From Antedon mediterranea (taxonomy: Eukaryota > Animalia > Echinodermata): a DNA stretch of 64,000 nucleotides. Shown piece by piece: positions 60,626-64,000 of this stretch; within the stretch, counting starts at the first letter, position 1; each line of letters opens with the position of its first letter. The stretch covers positions 5,456,001 through 5,520,000 of the forward strand of contig NC_092674.1 in assembly GCF_964355755.1 (NCBI RefSeq), written 5' to 3'. A program made the position numbers and the translations under genes. The notes under the pieces were generated by a model, which saw only the letters and a list, made by a program, of their open reading frames with translations, searched no databases and was not told where the DNA came from.

Positions 60626-63392
60626 GTACCGAGAATCGTTTAATATTATAATGCTTCTTCGCCTGATGCAGAAGCATGGTTCATAATTAAGTAGCATTGT
60701 CTTCAGCGAATATAACATGTCTTGTCAACATGCATAACATGGCTATCACGTAATTAATCGACACGCTGATCTTTTCTTTCACAATGTGTAAATCTGCTAT
60801 TATTATCATTACTTAAAATAATTTTTTTTGTATAATACATTTGCACATTTGTATAATATTCCGTTTATCGCTTAATATGATAATAATTAATAACTGTTGT
60901 AGCTAGCTTAGTTTATTTTATAGGAAATAAATGTTATATAAAAATATTTAATTCAATATCTTTCTATTGTGTTTAATCAACCACCACATTTATTTTAAAC
61001 AAATGTATACAGTGTTTCGTAAATCAACAAAAATGTAAAACAATTATGATACATTTCTAGGAAAGATACCCGCTCAGAGCGGAACCTTAATGTACCGGAT
61101 AGTTTAAACAAATTTCCCAGTATATTCATATTGATACCAACACAACGACCCCCTCCCTTCTGTAAACCTTTAATACGGAAAAACACATTACGTTGAAATA
61201 AAGTAAATAAAGAATTGATAAATAAAGGAAAGGAATACATGTCAAAAACAGCAATCAACAACAAGACAACGTAAGGAACGCGAATGAGCCAGGTGTCACT
61301 TATTTACAAACAAGTGTCACATATTTGCGACCAGGTGTACGATTGGCTACAAGACTCCTTTAATTCAAACATAGTCGACAACAACGGCCGCGGAAGAAAT
61401 CATCATGGAGATAATTTACGCATGGTAAGTTACATTTATTTACATACGAAGACTCCTAATTAACTTATAACTCCGAAGATATTATATTACCGTAAGCTAC
61501 GTTTATACTGTGCTCTATTCCGATCAGGTGGCCCGATAAAAAAAACCATAGGTATGGACGGGTGTAGTGATTAAAGCTATGTCTACACTATCGACAAAAA
61601 ATGTGATGTGCCCATATATGGACATGATGTCATTATCAGTACCATATTTGGGCACATCATATTTTTTTTTTTCAAATTAGTTTGATAGATAACTCATTTC
61701 AGAGATTGAGTACAAAATGTACGTGTAGGCTATTATTTAGAGGGTTAGGTTTAATTATAATATAGGAAGTAGGCCTAGTCGGCTATGTACGAAAACAAAA
61801 AATGTCCGGCCACCTGGCCGAATCATGGCTCAGTAATGTGAATGTATCTTAAATGTTGATAATGTTATATTCCTATCAGTTGTGGATTAAACGTTCAAAC
61901 AGAAAAAACACCAACTCGCTATAAGACATCACGCGTCTGAATTGAAGAAGAAAAAATTCATCATTTTAAAACGTGTATGAACGATTCGATTAAAGTCGTC
62001 CCGGGCCGCGCGCATTATAATTTACGAGGATTTCATGTAATTATGCATAAGCTGTTCTCATTCAATCTCCGTTCTGATTTTTAGATTTTTTCTTGAGCGA
62101 CTCACAACTACCTAATTTTGTAAACATATTACGATAATTATTTTCGAGAAGTTAGGAAATTCTCTTTACAAACATACGATAGTTATTGAATAATAATTCA
62201 AAAAGTGTACATTATAAATTTGAAGTATTTTTTATCTTTTTTTGTGTGCTGTGTTGTATTTTATTTAGTATTTTACGTATTTTAAAAAATTGAAAATGCT
62301 GTTTCAGCATTTGTGTATTGTGGATTATATTTATCTGTACAAGCAAAGCAAAGCATTTTCAAGTCATAAATGTTAATTGAATTGAATTAAAAAATCATTT
62401 ATTATTATAGGCCAAAATGTACACGCTCGACATAAAATATATCAATATGCAATATCACATACGACGATATTGCATTATAACCAACGAAAATGCATTTTTG
62501 TGAAATAAATTATGTTGCAATTATTTTCAACAATATTTCAAAGATTTCCTGTATACTATGGATAATTTCACAATATGATTACATTATACGCTCTTCACGT
62601 CCAATGGAGGAGTATCAATATATGCCTGATTTTATCACGTTCCAAATGCGTAATAAAACGGCGTTCTTCTCCTCGACATCGCCATGGAGAAATATTGAGA
62701 TAAATTAAACAAAGCTCTTAAAACGTTGCCTGCCCGACTGTAGGCTTACCACGTTTGTTTATTACACTCTTTCGTATTTAATATATTTCCACGTGATTTT
62801 TACGCATATTATGCATGTTTGCCGTTCTGTTAAAGTCATGAATATTTTATTTTAAAGCATCGTTCTCGGAGAAGCATAATATTATGATGGCAATGATCAT
62901 CTATGCAATGATCATTTAGGCGATGATGGTAAAGGTTATTAGCAATTTGAAAACAGTTTACTAAACATAATAGAATTAGTCGAATGTATATGTTTCCATT
63001 CTTGATAAATATATTGCAAACACCATATTTACCAAAATATATAGGTTATTGACTGTTCATCTCATATTTATGACAATGATAGCTGTAATAAGTTGCATAA
63101 TATATTTTATATTCAAATGTTGTGAGTTATATGTCGTGAAGACCGCAAGTATAGTATGAGGTACTTGTTTGCAGCACAAAACAAAACAGATTTTTCAATT
63201 CAGTAAATATTAAAGAGGAGGTAAATAGGTACACTACAATTATAATGTTGGCCAAAATGGACATCAAGGGAAAATGTTCCTTCAAAATCTCAGATGAAAC
63301 ATCGGCAGATATGGTGTATAGGAAGGAAATATCTAAAGACCTAATTGTGCAATTACATCAATTACGGGAGTAACGGGACGTTGACCACAACA

Positions 63393-64000
63393 TCCTACCA
63401 CGCCCTATCAACCTCCACCACGCCCTATCAACACCCTACCACCTCCTATAAACACCCTACCACCCCCTATAAACACCCTGCCATCCCTATAAACACCCTG
63501 CCATCCCTATAAACACCCTACCATCCCTAGCAAACCCACCACCTACCAACTTACCCCGGCAAACGCTACTCTCACTGCCCATCCCACCTACCAACTTACG
63601 CCGGCAAACGCTACTCTCACTGCCCATCCCACCTACCAACTTACCCCGGCAAACGCTACTCTCACTGCCCATCCCACCTACCAACTTACCCCGGCAAACG
63701 CTACTCTCACTGCCCATCCCACCTACCAACTTACCCCGGCAAACGCTACTCTCACTGCCCATCCCACCTACCAACTTACCCCGGCAAACGCTACTCTCAC
63801 TGCCCATCCCACCTACCAACTTACCCCGGCAAACGCTACTCTCACTACCCATCCCACCTACCAACTTACCCCGGCAAACGCTACTCTCACTGCCCATCCC
63901 ACCTACCAACTTACCCCGGCAAACGCTACTCTCACTGCCCATCCCACCTACCAACTTACCCCGGCAAACGCTACTCTCACTGCCCATCCCACCTACCAAC
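63393..64000. repeat. C-rich minisatellite: 21-bp units grading into a homogeneous 45-bp array running off the window end
   Basis: (acctaccaacttaccccggcaaacgctactctcactgcccatccc)n from ~63540, about 10 near-perfect copies. Confidence 0.95.

Noticed and set aside
63487-63999. 170-aa repetitive ORF (VGGMGSESSVCRGKL)n
   Set aside because: A 45-bp satellite with almost no variation at any codon position; no evidence of coding constraint.

Overview
AT-rich, intron-rich eukaryotic DNA from a marine invertebrate, probably an echinoderm-like deuterostome (the taxon is inferred). Four spliced protein-coding loci were reconstructed by hand from GT-AG boundaries. (1) Two tandem minus-strand paralogs encode secreted mosaic proteins. 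Gene A (4166-11059, 11 exons, ~805 aa) is signal peptide - two unnamed beta-rich domains - PAN/Apple - EGF - FA58C/discoidin - unnamed C-terminal domain. Gene B starts at 2352 and runs off the left edge. (2) A complete 16-exon myotubularin-related phosphatase (MTMR1/2 type, + strand, 12015-46230) has a likely alternative first exon and promoter at ~20.2-20.6 kb. (3) A cyclic-nucleotide-gated channel alpha subunit lies on the minus strand (53588-57259, 5' end uncertain). Introns and intergenic DNA are full of MITEs, SINEs, LINE fragments and minisatellites. The most striking structure is a 3.85-kb fold-back Academ-type transposon (27182-31031) in an MTMR intron. Its 1.68-kb inverted arms are two copies of the XPG/FEN1-like coding 3' half, and it has a 3-bp AAT target-site duplication. 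No prokaryotic systems (CRISPR, operons) are present.
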